The position numbers and the translations under genes are program-made. The notes below the pieces were generated by a model. The model searched no databases, was not told where the DNA came from, and was given only the letters and a program-made list of their open reading frames with translations. A stretch of 64,000 bases of DNA from an uncultured Candidatus Binatia bacterium (GTDB taxonomy: Bacteria; Desulfobacterota; Binatia; UBA9968; CAXXLF01), in the NCBI GenBank assembly GCA_965218425.1, contig OZ244621.1:3584001-3648000 (forward strand). Direction: 5' to 3'. How positions within the stretch are numbered: the stretch's first letter is position 1; each line of letters begins with the position of its first letter. Positions 51,377 through 61,094 of the stretch are shown here, in pieces.

Positions 51377-52300
51377 GTGGAGAAGGTAAAGGTCGCCATC
51401 ATTGGCTCGGGAAACATTGGTACGGATCTACTTTATAAGCTCAAGCGAAGCGGTCTATTGGTCCCCGCGGTGATGGCTGGGATTGTCCCCGAATCGGAAG
51501 GCCTGGCGCGGGCCCGTAAGGAGGGACTAGTAACTACCCATGAAGGAATCGAAGGGTTGCTTAAGCTGGTTGATCAATTCGACATTGCCTTTGAGGCGAC
51601 CACCGCCAGTGCCCATATGCAAAATGCTCCCTTGCTCAAAAAGGCAAACAAGATCGCTATTGATCTCACACCTGCGGCTGTGGGCCCTTACGTGGTCCCT
51701 CTAGTCAATCTCAACGAACATCTGGGTGAACCCAACGTTAATATGGTAAGCTGCGGCGGGCAGGCCACGGTTCCCTGCGTCCATGCCATGCGACAGGTGG
51801 CGCAGGTCGAATACGCGGAGATCGTTGCAACCATCGCGAGCAAGAGTGCGGGGCCGGGGACGAGGCAGAACATCGACGAGTTTACCGACACCACGGCCCG
51901 AGGGTTAGAAACCGTGGGGGGTGCCGGGCGCGGCAAGGCGATTATCGTTTTGAATCCGGCGGAGCCGCCAGTCCTCATGCGAAATACGGTTTACGGCATT
52001 GTAGAAGAGGCGGACCCGGAGAAACTTCGGCAATCCATTGAGGCTATGGTCAAACGGACGCAGGAATATGTGGCCGGCTATCGACTCAAGGCTAAACCCC
52101 TAGTTGAAGATATTTCCGGTGACAAAAGAAAAAAGAAGGTCACGGTATTTGTTGAAGTGGAGGGAGTGGGTGACTATCTACCCAAGTACGCGGGAAATCT
52201 GGATATCATGACCTCAGCGGCCGTGAAGGTAGGAGAAGAAATCGGCAAGCATCTGGTCGCAGGGACCTGGCAGAAGAAGACCATGGAGGCACGGGCATGA
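51377..52300 (+). CDS. mhpF: Acetaldehyde dehydrogenase (acylating)
   Basis: [42 protein letters not shown]. Confidence 0.95.
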   Translation: MEKVKVAIIGSGNIGTDLLYKLKRSGLLVPAVMAGIVPESEGLARARKEGLVTTHEGIEGLLKLVDQFDIAFEATTASAHMQNAPLLKKANKIAIDLTPAAVGPYVVPLVNLNEHLGEPNVNMVSCGGQATVPCVHAMRQVAQVEYAEIVATIASKSAGPGTRQNIDEFTDTTARGLETVGGAGRGKAIIVLNPAEPPVLMRNTVYGIVEEADPEKLRQSIEAMVKRTQEYVAGYRLKAKPLVEDISGDKRKKKVTVFVEVEGVGDYLPKYAGNLDIMTSAAVKVGEEIGKHLVAGTWQKKTMEARA

Positions 52301-53340
52301 GCGAGAAGACCAAGATCCACATTCTAGACAGTACGTTAAGGGATGGAAGCCATGCTCTAGCCCATCAGTTTACGGCAGAGCAGGTGATTCAGGTGGTTAA
52401 AGGGCTGGACGAGGCCGGTCTCGAGATCATTGAGGTCTCTCATGGAGACGGGCTTGGGGGATCGACGGTGACCTATGGCTTCTCGAAGCAATCTGAGATG
52501 GAACTGCTGAAGGCGGCTTCTTCCGTGATCAAGAGGGCCAAGCTAGCTGTGTTGCTTCTCCCCGGTATCGGAACCAAGGAAGACCTGAAAATGGCGGCGG
52601 ATTTCGGAGCGAAGGTGGCGCAGATCGCTACCCATGTAACGGAAGCCGATATCGCCGAGCAGCATATCGGGCTTGCCAAGAAGATGGGCATGAAGGTGAT
52701 CTCCATGCTCATGATGTCCCACATGGGATCCCCCGAAAAGATCGCCGAACAGGGAAAACTCGCGGAGAGTTACGGCGCCGACGTGGTTCTAGTCACGGAT
52801 TCCGCCGGCGCTCTTATGCCCCACACTGCTAGGGAACGAATTGGTGCCTTGAGGTCAGCGGTGAAAATCGACATCGGGTTCCACGGTCACAACAACCTGT
52901 CCCTTGCGGTGGCCAACACGATTGCGGCCATCGAAGAAGGGGCTCGTTGGCTCGATGCATGCACCTGTGGTCTCGGAGCCGGTTCCGGCAACACTCCGAC
53001 GGAAGTCATTTCAGCGGTGTTGGATAAACTGGGCTATGATGCGGGTATCGACCTGTGGAAAATCATGGACGTGGCGGAAGAGATCGTGCGCCCGATCATG
53101 CTGAAGCCGGTGCGCATCGGCAAGGTGAGCCTCACCATGGGATACGCGGGGGTCTATTCGAGCTATTTGCTTCATGCGGATCGGGCTGCGGAAAAGTTCG
53201 GTGTTGACGCCAGGGATATCCTAGTTGAGATCGGCAAGCGCAAGCTGGTGGGCGGACAGGAGGACCAGATTGTTGAAGTGGCCATGGCGCTGGCAGAAAA
53301 AAAGAAGGATGGCATAGGGAGTAAAAACTTGCAGGCTTGA
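52297..53340 (+). CDS. dmpG: 4-hydroxy-2-oxovalerate aldolase
   Basis: [37 protein letters not shown]. Confidence 0.95.
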   Translation: MSEKTKIHILDSTLRDGSHALAHQFTAEQVIQVVKGLDEAGLEIIEVSHGDGLGGSTVTYGFSKQSEMELLKAASSVIKRAKLAVLLLPGIGTKEDLKMAADFGAKVAQIATHVTEADIAEQHIGLAKKMGMKVISMLMMSHMGSPEKIAEQGKLAESYGADVVLVTDSAGALMPHTARERIGALRSAVKIDIGFHGHNNLSLAVANTIAAIEEGARWLDACTCGLGAGSGNTPTEVISAVLDKLGYDAGIDLWKIMDVAEEIVRPIMLKPVRIGKVSLTMGYAGVYSSYLLHADRAAEKFGVDARDILVEIGKRKLVGGQEDQIVEVAMALAEKKKDGIGSKNLQA

Positions 53341-53451
53341 ACTTAAAACAGAAGGCAGCAAGACGATAAGCGCAGCGCGCAAAGCGTGAAATGCCAGCAA
53401 TCGTAGACCTATATGGATAGACGCATAGAAAGAAAACCCTGTAAGAATATT

Positions 53452-53602
53452 ACCGCGGAGGCACAGGGGGCGCAAAGAAATAAATTGTTGTTTGTCGGGA
53501 GACACCGACAAATGAAATCATTGCCCCAAATGGAGCTTTGAGTTTTTGCCCAATCGTCGTCTCCCAATCGGGCAAAATGGATTGCCTCTGCCTCTGTGCG
53601 GT
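53452..53602. repeat. Structured intergenic element with two hairpins whose loops are complementary
   Basis: TTTGTCGG-GAGACA-CCGACAAA and TTTTGCCC...GTCTCCC...GGGCAAAA inside imperfect ACCGC...GCGGT terminal inverted repeats. Confidence 0.6.
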
Positions 53603-53703
53603 GCAGTATCCGAGTTTTTATCTGCGAGAATCGGCGATAATCTGCGGTTAAGTTTTCGGAGAGAGATTCTTCTCCCAAACTCGCCCAGCCTGAGAGTTTT
53701 CAT

Positions 53704-55143
53704 CTAAGTTTTAGTTTGTTCCAATGAGACTTCTTCTATGGGTGGCTCTTGCGGTTTCTTTCCCCGTATCAGTGATGTGACCAGGGCGACGGAAATCATT
53801 ACCAGCGCGACCGTAAAGGTGTTGTTCAAGGAAGAGACAAAAGCCTGGGGGTCGTCGGTGGTGGTGGCGCCACTGTGACCGCTATAATACTGGTAAAATA
53901 GGGTCATGATGAAGGTGGAAAAGGATATTCCAGTCATATGACCAAGGTTAAAACTCACCTGGATGCTTCCATTGGCAAAGCCCCGATACACCTTGGGTAC
54001 AGAACCCATGATCGCGCCATGATTAGGAGCATTGAACAGGCCGTTCCCGAGTCCTGCGAAAGCCAGCATTAAAGCCGGCAATGCCCAGTGAGAGTCGGGC
54101 CTGAGCATGATTCCAACGAATATAGAAGCAAACATCATTAGCAGGCCGGCGGTGGCCGGAATCTGCGGCCCGATACGGTCCGCCACATGGCCGCTGATGG
54201 GCGCCAGAGTTACGGTGAAAATGGGCGCGGACATAAAGAGGATTCCCATGAATGTGGGTGACAGATGCAAGACCTCCTGCAAGTAAAAGGGCACGAGGAA
54301 ACCCTGCATAGCATGGGTGAAGGACACGATCAGCAAGGTAACACAGCTAAAAGTAAACAGGCGGATCTTAAATAGTTGGAGATTGACAATGGGACTTGAG
54401 GTTTTTAACTCCCTGACCAGAAACGCCAGGAAAAAAATCGGGAAGCCAACGTACGCCAGCACTGAAAATTCTGTCCCTAGGGCTTCCCGAACACGGGGGT
54501 TCAGCAAGAGAACCAGAGAAGTGGAGGTGGCTACCAGTAGGGCCGACCCGAGATAATCGATGGGCTGTCTTTTACTGGGTTGAATGGATCGGGTTCGATT
54601 AATATAAGCTAGGATTCCCCCTAAAGTGGCGAGAGGTACCAGAAAAAAGAAAATCACCCGCCAGTGGATGTAGTCAATGATGAGCCCCCCAATGGTGGGA
54701 CCAAGGAGGAATCCCGTGTGAAACGCAGTGGTCATGAGACCCTGCACCTTGCTCCCTTGATCATCAGGAACGGCCTCTGCAGCGAGGGCACGTCCTACGG
54801 ATTGGGTCATGGCGGCCCCCATTCCCTGGAGCATCCGGAAAAGAACCAACTGTACAACGTTTTGGGATAATCCACACAAAAGGGAGCTGACGGCAAAGAG
54901 GGCAAACCCTAAGGAATAAAGTTTCCCCCTTCCAAACATGTCACCGATTCTGCCGAAAATGAGCACGAAACCTAGGTTTGAAAGGCTAAACGAGATGAGT
55001 GCCCAGGAAACCCCGGCAATATCGGTATCCAGGGCACTGGCTACCGTAGGAAGCGAGATACCAAAGATCCGGGATGACGTGCCGGCAATAAAGTTTCCCA
55101 GCATCGTGTTGCATAAAAGTAAATAGTTGATACGCGGATCCAC
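53704..55143 (-). CDS. MFS transporter, DHA2 (14-TM) family
   Basis: GRIGDMFGR motif A, GPTIGG, IDYLG, PIVNLQLF. Confidence 0.92.
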   Translation of the reverse strand: MDPRINYLLLCNTMLGNFIAGTSSRIFGISLPTVASALDTDIAGVSWALISFSLSNLGFVLIFGRIGDMFGRGKLYSLGFALFAVSSLLCGLSQNVVQLVLFRMLQGMGAAMTQSVGRALAAEAVPDDQGSKVQGLMTTAFHTGFLLGPTIGGLIIDYIHWRVIFFFLVPLATLGGILAYINRTRSIQPSKRQPIDYLGSALLVATSTSLVLLLNPRVREALGTEFSVLAYVGFPIFFLAFLVRELKTSSPIVNLQLFKIRLFTFSCVTLLIVSFTHAMQGFLVPFYLQEVLHLSPTFMGILFMSAPIFTVTLAPISGHVADRIGPQIPATAGLLMMFASIFVGIMLRPDSHWALPALMLAFAGLGNGLFNAPNHGAIMGSVPKVYRGFANGSIQVSFNLGHMTGISFSTFIMTLFYQYYSGHSGATTTDDPQAFVSSLNNTFTVALVMISVALVTSLIRGKKPQEPPIEEVSLEQTKT

Positions 55144-55166
55144 GCAATGGATTCCTTTCTCGCGCC

Positions 55167-55196
55167 ACCATACCGGACGAGTGTCGCAAGCGTCAA
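55167..55196 (-). promoter_or_regulatory. Duplicated sigma70 promoter, copy 1
   Basis: TTGACG-18 nt-TATGGT, near-identical to the segment at about 58032-58061. Confidence 0.55.
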
Positions 55197-55309
55197 CAAA
55201 GAGTGTTATGAGAGATGGTGGTAGGCGGCTGGACGGAGTGTTGTGACGGTAACACTCTCCACCGAAAAACGTTAAATGCTGAGAGCAATGTCATGATGGA
55301 CGCCCCTGG

Positions 55310-56500
55310 ATGAAATCACACAATCCCGCCATCAGTCTTCTTGTGTTCTACGGTACCACATTTCTTTGGAACCTTACCAACGGCATGATGATGATACTGG
55401 TGCCCCTTTATGCCTTGTCACTGAACTTTTCGGTTCTAAAGATAGGGAGTGTTATCGCACTTCCCGTTCTGGCGATGTTGGGGGTTCGGTTCGTTGGGGG
55501 GGCCCTATGTGATCGTTTTGGTGAGCGTTTGATATTGCAGGTTTGTTACTGGCTGTCTGTGTTGTCGGTCGTATTTTTGCTTCAGGCCAAAGGTTTTGCT
55601 TCATTGTTTCTTTGCCAGGTGGTTGCCAATTGCTCCCGGAGTTTTTTCTGGACAGCCGCTCAATCGTTGGTCACTCAGCTCCCTGGTTCCACCGTCGGGA
55701 GAAGACTGGGGCACCTTTCCGCTTGGAACCATGGGGGCAATCTCTTGGGCATTAGCGTTGGGGGGGCATTGGCAGCTTTGCTGGGCTATTACGGATCGTT
55801 TCTCGTGTTGACGGGTGTATCCGTGGCCTGTGTGCTCCTCGCACTGCTTCTCCCCCATGTGGAAAGGAAACCCACCGGAAGGACCGTATGGCAGATCACA
55901 GCTGGCATTGGACCTTTTCTTCGGTATCCCAAGGTTTGGCTCGGCATCTTTGCATCCTTCGGTGCAGCCCTGCCGTCCACACTGACCCAATCTCTCTTTC
56001 CGGTCTATTTGTCCCAACTCGACTATGGTGAGCAGTGGATCGGTCTCACGGTATCAGGGCGCGCTTTGGGGACCATAGGGATAGTTCTGATACTGGGCCC
56101 ATTGATCACGGCGTCCAGGCTCATGGGATTCTTTGCCCTTGGAATGGCTGGCCTAGGCATCTTCATAACCGGTAGCGGTCTGTTCCGGGAGCTTTACTTG
56201 CTTGGTCCCTGTATTATTGCGGTGGGTACCGCCGGCGGAGTGTTGGATCTCTGGTATCAGGTACAGGCCACCGAGTTGAGCGAGGCGAGGGACCGATCGG
56301 TAGCCATGGCCACCACTTCACTGGGATGGCCTCTATCCCTCATCATAGCGCCCTTGCTGCTTGGCTGGCTTGCAGATACAAAGGGGTTCTCATTTACCTT
56401 CGTGGTTACCGGTACGTTTTTTATTTTGGTTGCCGGGGTAAGCTACTTATGGAGCTGGAAGGCTCGCCAGCAGGCGGCGTTAAAACCGGACCTTGGATAA
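55310..56500 (+). CDS. MFS transporter (12-TM)
   Basis: GALCDRFGER motif A; hydrophobic pattern. Confidence 0.88.
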   Translation: MKSHNPAISLLVFYGTTFLWNLTNGMMMILVPLYALSLNFSVLKIGSVIALPVLAMLGVRFVGGALCDRFGERLILQVCYWLSVLSVVFLLQAKGFASLFLCQVVANCSRSFFWTAAQSLVTQLPGSTVGRRLGHLSAWNHGGNLLGISVGGALAALLGYYGSFLVLTGVSVACVLLALLLPHVERKPTGRTVWQITAGIGPFLRYPKVWLGIFASFGAALPSTLTQSLFPVYLSQLDYGEQWIGLTVSGRALGTIGIVLILGPLITASRLMGFFALGMAGLGIFITGSGLFRELYLLGPCIIAVGTAGGVLDLWYQVQATELSEARDRSVAMATTSLGWPLSLIIAPLLLGWLADTKGFSFTFVVTGTFFILVAGVSYLWSWKARQQAALKPDLG

Positions 56501-56581
56501 AAATCTCCACCCGGGACGAAACCCTTTTTGATCTCTCATCTGACCTTTCGGTCTCATTTGTCTCATAAATAAGTTTTTTTG

Positions 56582-58009
56582 CTACGTTTTGACTGTTTCT
56601 ACAGCTTCTTCACTGGGTTGTTTTCCTCTTAAAAGGGAAGTGATCAGGGCCGTGGAGGTAATAAGGAATCCCACCAAAAAGGTGGTGTTCAAGGAGGAGA
56701 CGAAGGCCACTGGATCATCAGCGGTCACTCTTACGGTTTTTTGTCCCGTCTGCACCTGATAGGTGAGTGTCATCAGTAGAGTGGTAAAAGAGATGCCGAG
56801 GATATGGGATAGGTTAAAGGATACATTGATGGCGCCATTGGCGAAGCCGCGGTACTGGCTTGGCACAGAACCTATGATGGCGCCGTGATTGGGGGCATTA
56901 AAGATGCCGGAGCTCAAACCCGTAAAAGCCAACATTGCGGCGGGTACAATCCAATGGGAGCTGGGGGTCAAAAGGACACCGATGAAGACCGATACCATCA
57001 TCATAACGACACCCACAGTGGCCGGTATCCTTGGGCCGATGCGATCGGCCAAATGGCCGCTAAACGGAGCCAAGGAGACGGTAAAGATGGGGGCTGACAA
57101 AAACAACAGACCCATAAAAGTAGGGGAGAGGAAAAGAACCTCCTGGAGGTAGAAGGGTAGGAGAAGACCTGCCATGGAGTGGGTGAATGAAACAATCAAA
57201 AGTGTAATGGAGCTAAAGGTGAACATGCGGTTTTTGAAAAGCGCGAGATTGACAATGGGACTTGGGAACCTGTGTTCCCTCATGAGAAATGCATACAGTA
57301 GGAGTGGAAACGCAAAGTAGATGGGAATGGTAAATTCGGAAGGCAACGCCAACCGAATCCGCTGGTCGAGCACGAGGATCAAAGAAACGGTGAGTGCAAT
57401 TAATAGAAAAGCGCCGAGATAATCAATCGGTTGTTTTTTTGCCGGCTGTGAAAAGGTCTTCATCTGCCATAAGGCAAGTGCGGAGCCCACCATGGCTACG
57501 GGAACGAGGACAAAGAAAACGGCCCGCCAATGGATATAGTCAATAATCAATCCTCCGATGGTGGGACCTAGCAGGAATCCTGAATGAAAGGCCGTGGTCA
57601 TGAGACCCTGAACCTTGCTCTGTTGGTTTGCAGGCATGGCCTCGGCAGCCAGAGCCCTGGATACCGATTGGGTCATGGCCGCCCCGATCCCCTGTAAGGT
57701 TCTGAACAGGATCAACTGAACGATGTTTTGAGATAACCCGCAGAAGAGCGAGCCCAGGGCAAAGATCGCAAATCCAATCCCGTACAATCTGCCTCTGCCG
57801 TAAATGTCCCCCAATCGTCCAAACACCAGGGCTAAACCCAGACTGGTGAGGCTGAAGGAAATGAGAGCCCAGGACACACCGGCCAGATCCGTGTCTAAAG
57901 CACTGGCTACGGTGGGAAGGGAGATGGAAAAAATCCGTGATGCCAGCCCGGACATGAAGTTTCCAAGCATGGTATTACAGAGGAGCAGATAATTGGTGCG
58001 TGAATTCAA
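56582..58009 (-). CDS. MFS transporter, DHA2 family, paralog of 53704..55143
   Basis: GRLGDIYGR; TTG start at 58009 aligns with the paralog GTG start. Confidence 0.92.
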   Translation of the reverse strand: MNSRTNYLLLCNTMLGNFMSGLASRIFSISLPTVASALDTDLAGVSWALISFSLTSLGLALVFGRLGDIYGRGRLYGIGFAIFALGSLFCGLSQNIVQLILFRTLQGIGAAMTQSVSRALAAEAMPANQQSKVQGLMTTAFHSGFLLGPTIGGLIIDYIHWRAVFFVLVPVAMVGSALALWQMKTFSQPAKKQPIDYLGAFLLIALTVSLILVLDQRIRLALPSEFTIPIYFAFPLLLYAFLMREHRFPSPIVNLALFKNRMFTFSSITLLIVSFTHSMAGLLLPFYLQEVLFLSPTFMGLLFLSAPIFTVSLAPFSGHLADRIGPRIPATVGVVMMMVSVFIGVLLTPSSHWIVPAAMLAFTGLSSGIFNAPNHGAIIGSVPSQYRGFANGAINVSFNLSHILGISFTTLLMTLTYQVQTGQKTVRVTADDPVAFVSSLNTTFLVGFLITSTALITSLLRGKQPSEEAVETVKT

Positions 58010-58031
58010 AGAAGGAAAACCTTTCTTCGCC

Positions 58032-58061
58032 ACCATACCGGACGCGCGTCGCAGGCGTCAA
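58032..58061 (-). promoter_or_regulatory. Duplicated sigma70 promoter, copy 2
   Basis: TTGACG-18 nt-TATGGT then GAAAGG RBS-like sequence. Confidence 0.55.
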
Positions 58062-58422
58062 CTTAGGTTTGTCGAGGAGTTATGTGAACCTTCTTGAATC
58101 CTATACTCAGGTTATGGAATGCGCCGTCTTGTTCATGGCAAAAGAGGTCCCTGGCCGTATGGGGTTTCGCTGTTGTTGAAACCACCGATCTAAGACCACG
58201 CAGTGATTGGCTCGTATATTTGAGGAAGTGAAAAATAACCCGACTTTGAAATAGCAAAACCGCCAGCTCAGGGAATTGCGTTTCATGCCTGTCGTATAAG
58301 CGTGTATAAGGCTTATAGGGTTGACAATACCTACCTTTTACCGATATATGACTGCCTTCTACTCCCGGTAAGATCCACTTTCCGGGAGTCTATAAGTCTA
58401 CGATAACGGAGGAGAATATTTT

Positions 58423-59394
58423 ATGGACCATGGAAAAATTCGCATGCTGTGCAGTGACATCTCTCACATGTCTCTGCATTTCGTGTTTCGTGACTCGGGG
58501 GTCTCACAAAAGCACGGCTTTGAGCTGGAAGTTGACATTGCCAAGTTTAGCCTGGGAGGAAGGCCCGTTAGGGAGATGAAGGACCGGGCCCCTTGTCTCC
58601 TGGCAGGGGACTATGAGTTCTTGAGCGGGCTGCATCATGAAACCTACATTTACCGTGCAAAAGGGGACAAGCGGTTCCTCTACCTTGCCCAGACGCAAAA
58701 TGACTGGGACGACCGGCTCATTGCTCGGAAGGAGATCCACGACGCCAAGCAACTGGAGGGAAAAAAGATTTGGACCAACCGGGCCCCCTGTGTGGGTGGC
58801 AACCTTGATCACGCGCTGGCTCTGGCCGGCCTGGATACCTCACAGGTGGAATTTATCTATGGAACGGAAGATAGGGGACACGAAGCGGTGGAGAAGGTGG
58901 CTCGCGGGGAGTTGGACGCGGCCAATGTGGACATCCCCTTTGATCTTCAAGGTAAGAAAAGAGGGCTGAACGCTATTCAGCTTCCCGCCGTACCTGTCAT
59001 TCATAACACCACCATCTGTGCCAGTACGGAATTTGTCTGGAAGAATGAAGAGAAGGTTAGGGCCTTCTTAAGGGCTCTCATTGAAACCATTCACTATTTC
59101 AAAACAGAGAAGCAAAAGGTTTGCGAGATCCTGAGCCGTGAGCTAGCTCCCCTGATTAACCTGGAAGGGGACGACGAGGTGGAGTATCTGCACCAGCAGT
59201 GGAGCGAGCTGCTCAGTGCCAAGCCCTATCCGCACCCGGTGGCGGTTTGGAATGTGTATAACCTGGATGTGGCCCATGATCCCAAGGTGAATTTTATCAG
59301 CCCGCTGGAAATCTGGGACACCCATTACCTGAGGGAAATCGATGATAGTGGCTTCATCGATTCGCTATATAACGGGGGCTCGCATAAGGCATAA
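58423..59394 (+). CDS. NMT1/THI5/SsuA-like PBP2-fold protein without signal peptide
   Basis: KQLEGKKI, GELDAA, C-terminal EIDDSGFID; GGAGGAG RBS; similar to 6848..7756. Confidence 0.7.
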   Translation: MDHGKIRMLCSDISHMSLHFVFRDSGVSQKHGFELEVDIAKFSLGGRPVREMKDRAPCLLAGDYEFLSGLHHETYIYRAKGDKRFLYLAQTQNDWDDRLIARKEIHDAKQLEGKKIWTNRAPCVGGNLDHALALAGLDTSQVEFIYGTEDRGHEAVEKVARGELDAANVDIPFDLQGKKRGLNAIQLPAVPVIHNTTICASTEFVWKNEEKVRAFLRALIETIHYFKTEKQKVCEILSRELAPLINLEGDDEVEYLHQQWSELLSAKPYPHPVAVWNVYNLDVAHDPKVNFISPLEIWDTHYLREIDDSGFIDSLYNGGSHKA

Positions 59395-59457
59395 ATTGGG
59401 GGGGCAGGTTTGATTCGAAGCCTAAGGATATTTTCATTAAGTAAGGAGGGCACTGCA

Positions 59458-61014
59458 ATGGCCCGATATATATTCATAGCCTTGACGTGGGCATTGTTAA
59501 TAAACCTTTCATTCCCAGTGGATCGTGCCTTGGGTGAACCGAAACGGGGTGGCACTCTGACCATGGCCATCCGCAAGGACCTGACTATGATGAACCCATT
59601 GGTCAGGACCATGTCCACCGACCAGTCCATTCGCGAGCTGATCTATGAGTCTCTATTGACACTTGACGAAAAGGGAGACCTTAAACCGAAACTGGCTGAA
59701 ACGTGGAAAATTTCTAAAGATGGGAAGACCTATACCTTTCAACTTCGCAAAGGGGTGAAATACCACAACGGTCAGGAGATGACGGCGCGGGATGCAAAGT
59801 TTGCCATCGACTACACTTTGAATCCCGGGAACGGGGCCTATGGTCGTTCGAGACTCACCCTGGTTAAGGGAGTTGAGGCCTCTGACAAGTACACGCTAAA
59901 GGTAACGCTGAAAGACCCTAGCACGGCGTTTCTGTCCGTGCTCACGGATATTCAAGCTTTTTCCTTGATTCCCAGTGAATCCCTGAAGGAAGGAGTGGCC
60001 AAGCCCGATTCCTATCCTCCGGGAACCGGCCCGTTCAAGTTTGCGGGTTGGAAGCCAAGACAGCAGATCGTCTTTGAGCGAAACGAAAACTACTGGGGAC
60101 AAGAGCCCTATTTGGAGAAGGTGGTTCTTCGGCCCATCAGAAATGGAACGGTGAGGTTCACCGCGTTGCGGTCAGGTGATGTGGATGTCGTTGAGCGAAC
60201 CCCCTACGAATGGGTACAGCAGGTGGTGAGCGGCAAGATCAAAGAGATCGGCATTGCAGAGGCGTCCACCGCGGCCTATCGGCAGATCGTGTTCAATGTT
60301 GCGGATCCGCCCTTCGATAACAAGAAGCTCCGTCTTGCGGTGATCCACGCCCTTAACAAGAAGGAAATTCTTCAAGCGGCATACTATGGGTTTGGAGATC
60401 CGGCGGACCAAAAATACCCCAAGGGGCACGTCTGGTACGTTGATGGAGTTCCCTCGCCGCAGTACGATCTCGCCAAGGCCAAGAGACTTCTGAAGGAATC
60501 CGGGTATAAAGGCGAGCTCATCGAGGCAACCCTTCCGCAGGGAGCGACGGTTGAAACCGCCATGACCACCATCCAGGCCCAACTCAAGAAGGTTGGGGTG
60601 AACATCAAACTCAATGTGGTGGATTATGGGGCTCATCGAGACCGCGTTCGAAGGGGCGAAATGACCTTTGATTTTATGGGCAGCGATTTTTATGCAGATC
60701 CGACCATTACCTATCGTACGGAGACCGCGTGTGAACCCAACCTGAAAAAACGAACCTCCAACTGGTCGGGGTATTGCAATAAGAAGATGGATGCCCAGCT
60801 TGAAAAAATGGAAATTGAGCGAGACCCTGCAAAACGCAAAGCCATTCTCAAAATGGTGATCACCAAAAAGAACCAAGATGTTCCCATCGTGCCGGTGGGA
60901 TTCGTGCCTCGGTTTTATACCTTCCGTAAACACGTGAAGGGATTTAAAACTGACGATGACGGCGCGTTTGTTTGGTCAGGAGGCGGATTGACACATACCT
61001 GGATCGAAAAATAG
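59458..61014 (+). CDS. ABC peptide/nickel family-5 substrate-binding protein, copy 1
   Basis: PKRGGTL, SKDGKTYTFQLRKGVKYHNG, GTGPFK. Confidence 0.92.
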   Translation: MARYIFIALTWALLINLSFPVDRALGEPKRGGTLTMAIRKDLTMMNPLVRTMSTDQSIRELIYESLLTLDEKGDLKPKLAETWKISKDGKTYTFQLRKGVKYHNGQEMTARDAKFAIDYTLNPGNGAYGRSRLTLVKGVEASDKYTLKVTLKDPSTAFLSVLTDIQAFSLIPSESLKEGVAKPDSYPPGTGPFKFAGWKPRQQIVFERNENYWGQEPYLEKVVLRPIRNGTVRFTALRSGDVDVVERTPYEWVQQVVSGKIKEIGIAEASTAAYRQIVFNVADPPFDNKKLRLAVIHALNKKEILQAAYYGFGDPADQKYPKGHVWYVDGVPSPQYDLAKAKRLLKESGYKGELIEATLPQGATVETAMTTIQAQLKKVGVNIKLNVVDYGAHRDRVRRGEMTFDFMGSDFYADPTITYRTETACEPNLKKRTSNWSGYCNKKMDAQLEKMEIERDPAKRKAILKMVITKKNQDVPIVPVGFVPRFYTFRKHVKGFKTDDDGAFVWSGGGLTHTWIEK

Positions 61015-61094
61015 ATAAATCGGACGATAGGTTCGAACAAAAAGGCAAGGATCAAGTTAGACACCGGAAAAATGTTAAGGAAGGAGGCTAGATA

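Noticed and set aside
60172..60933. 253-aa minus-strand ORF
   Set aside because: Antisense to a family-5 SBP; no motifs
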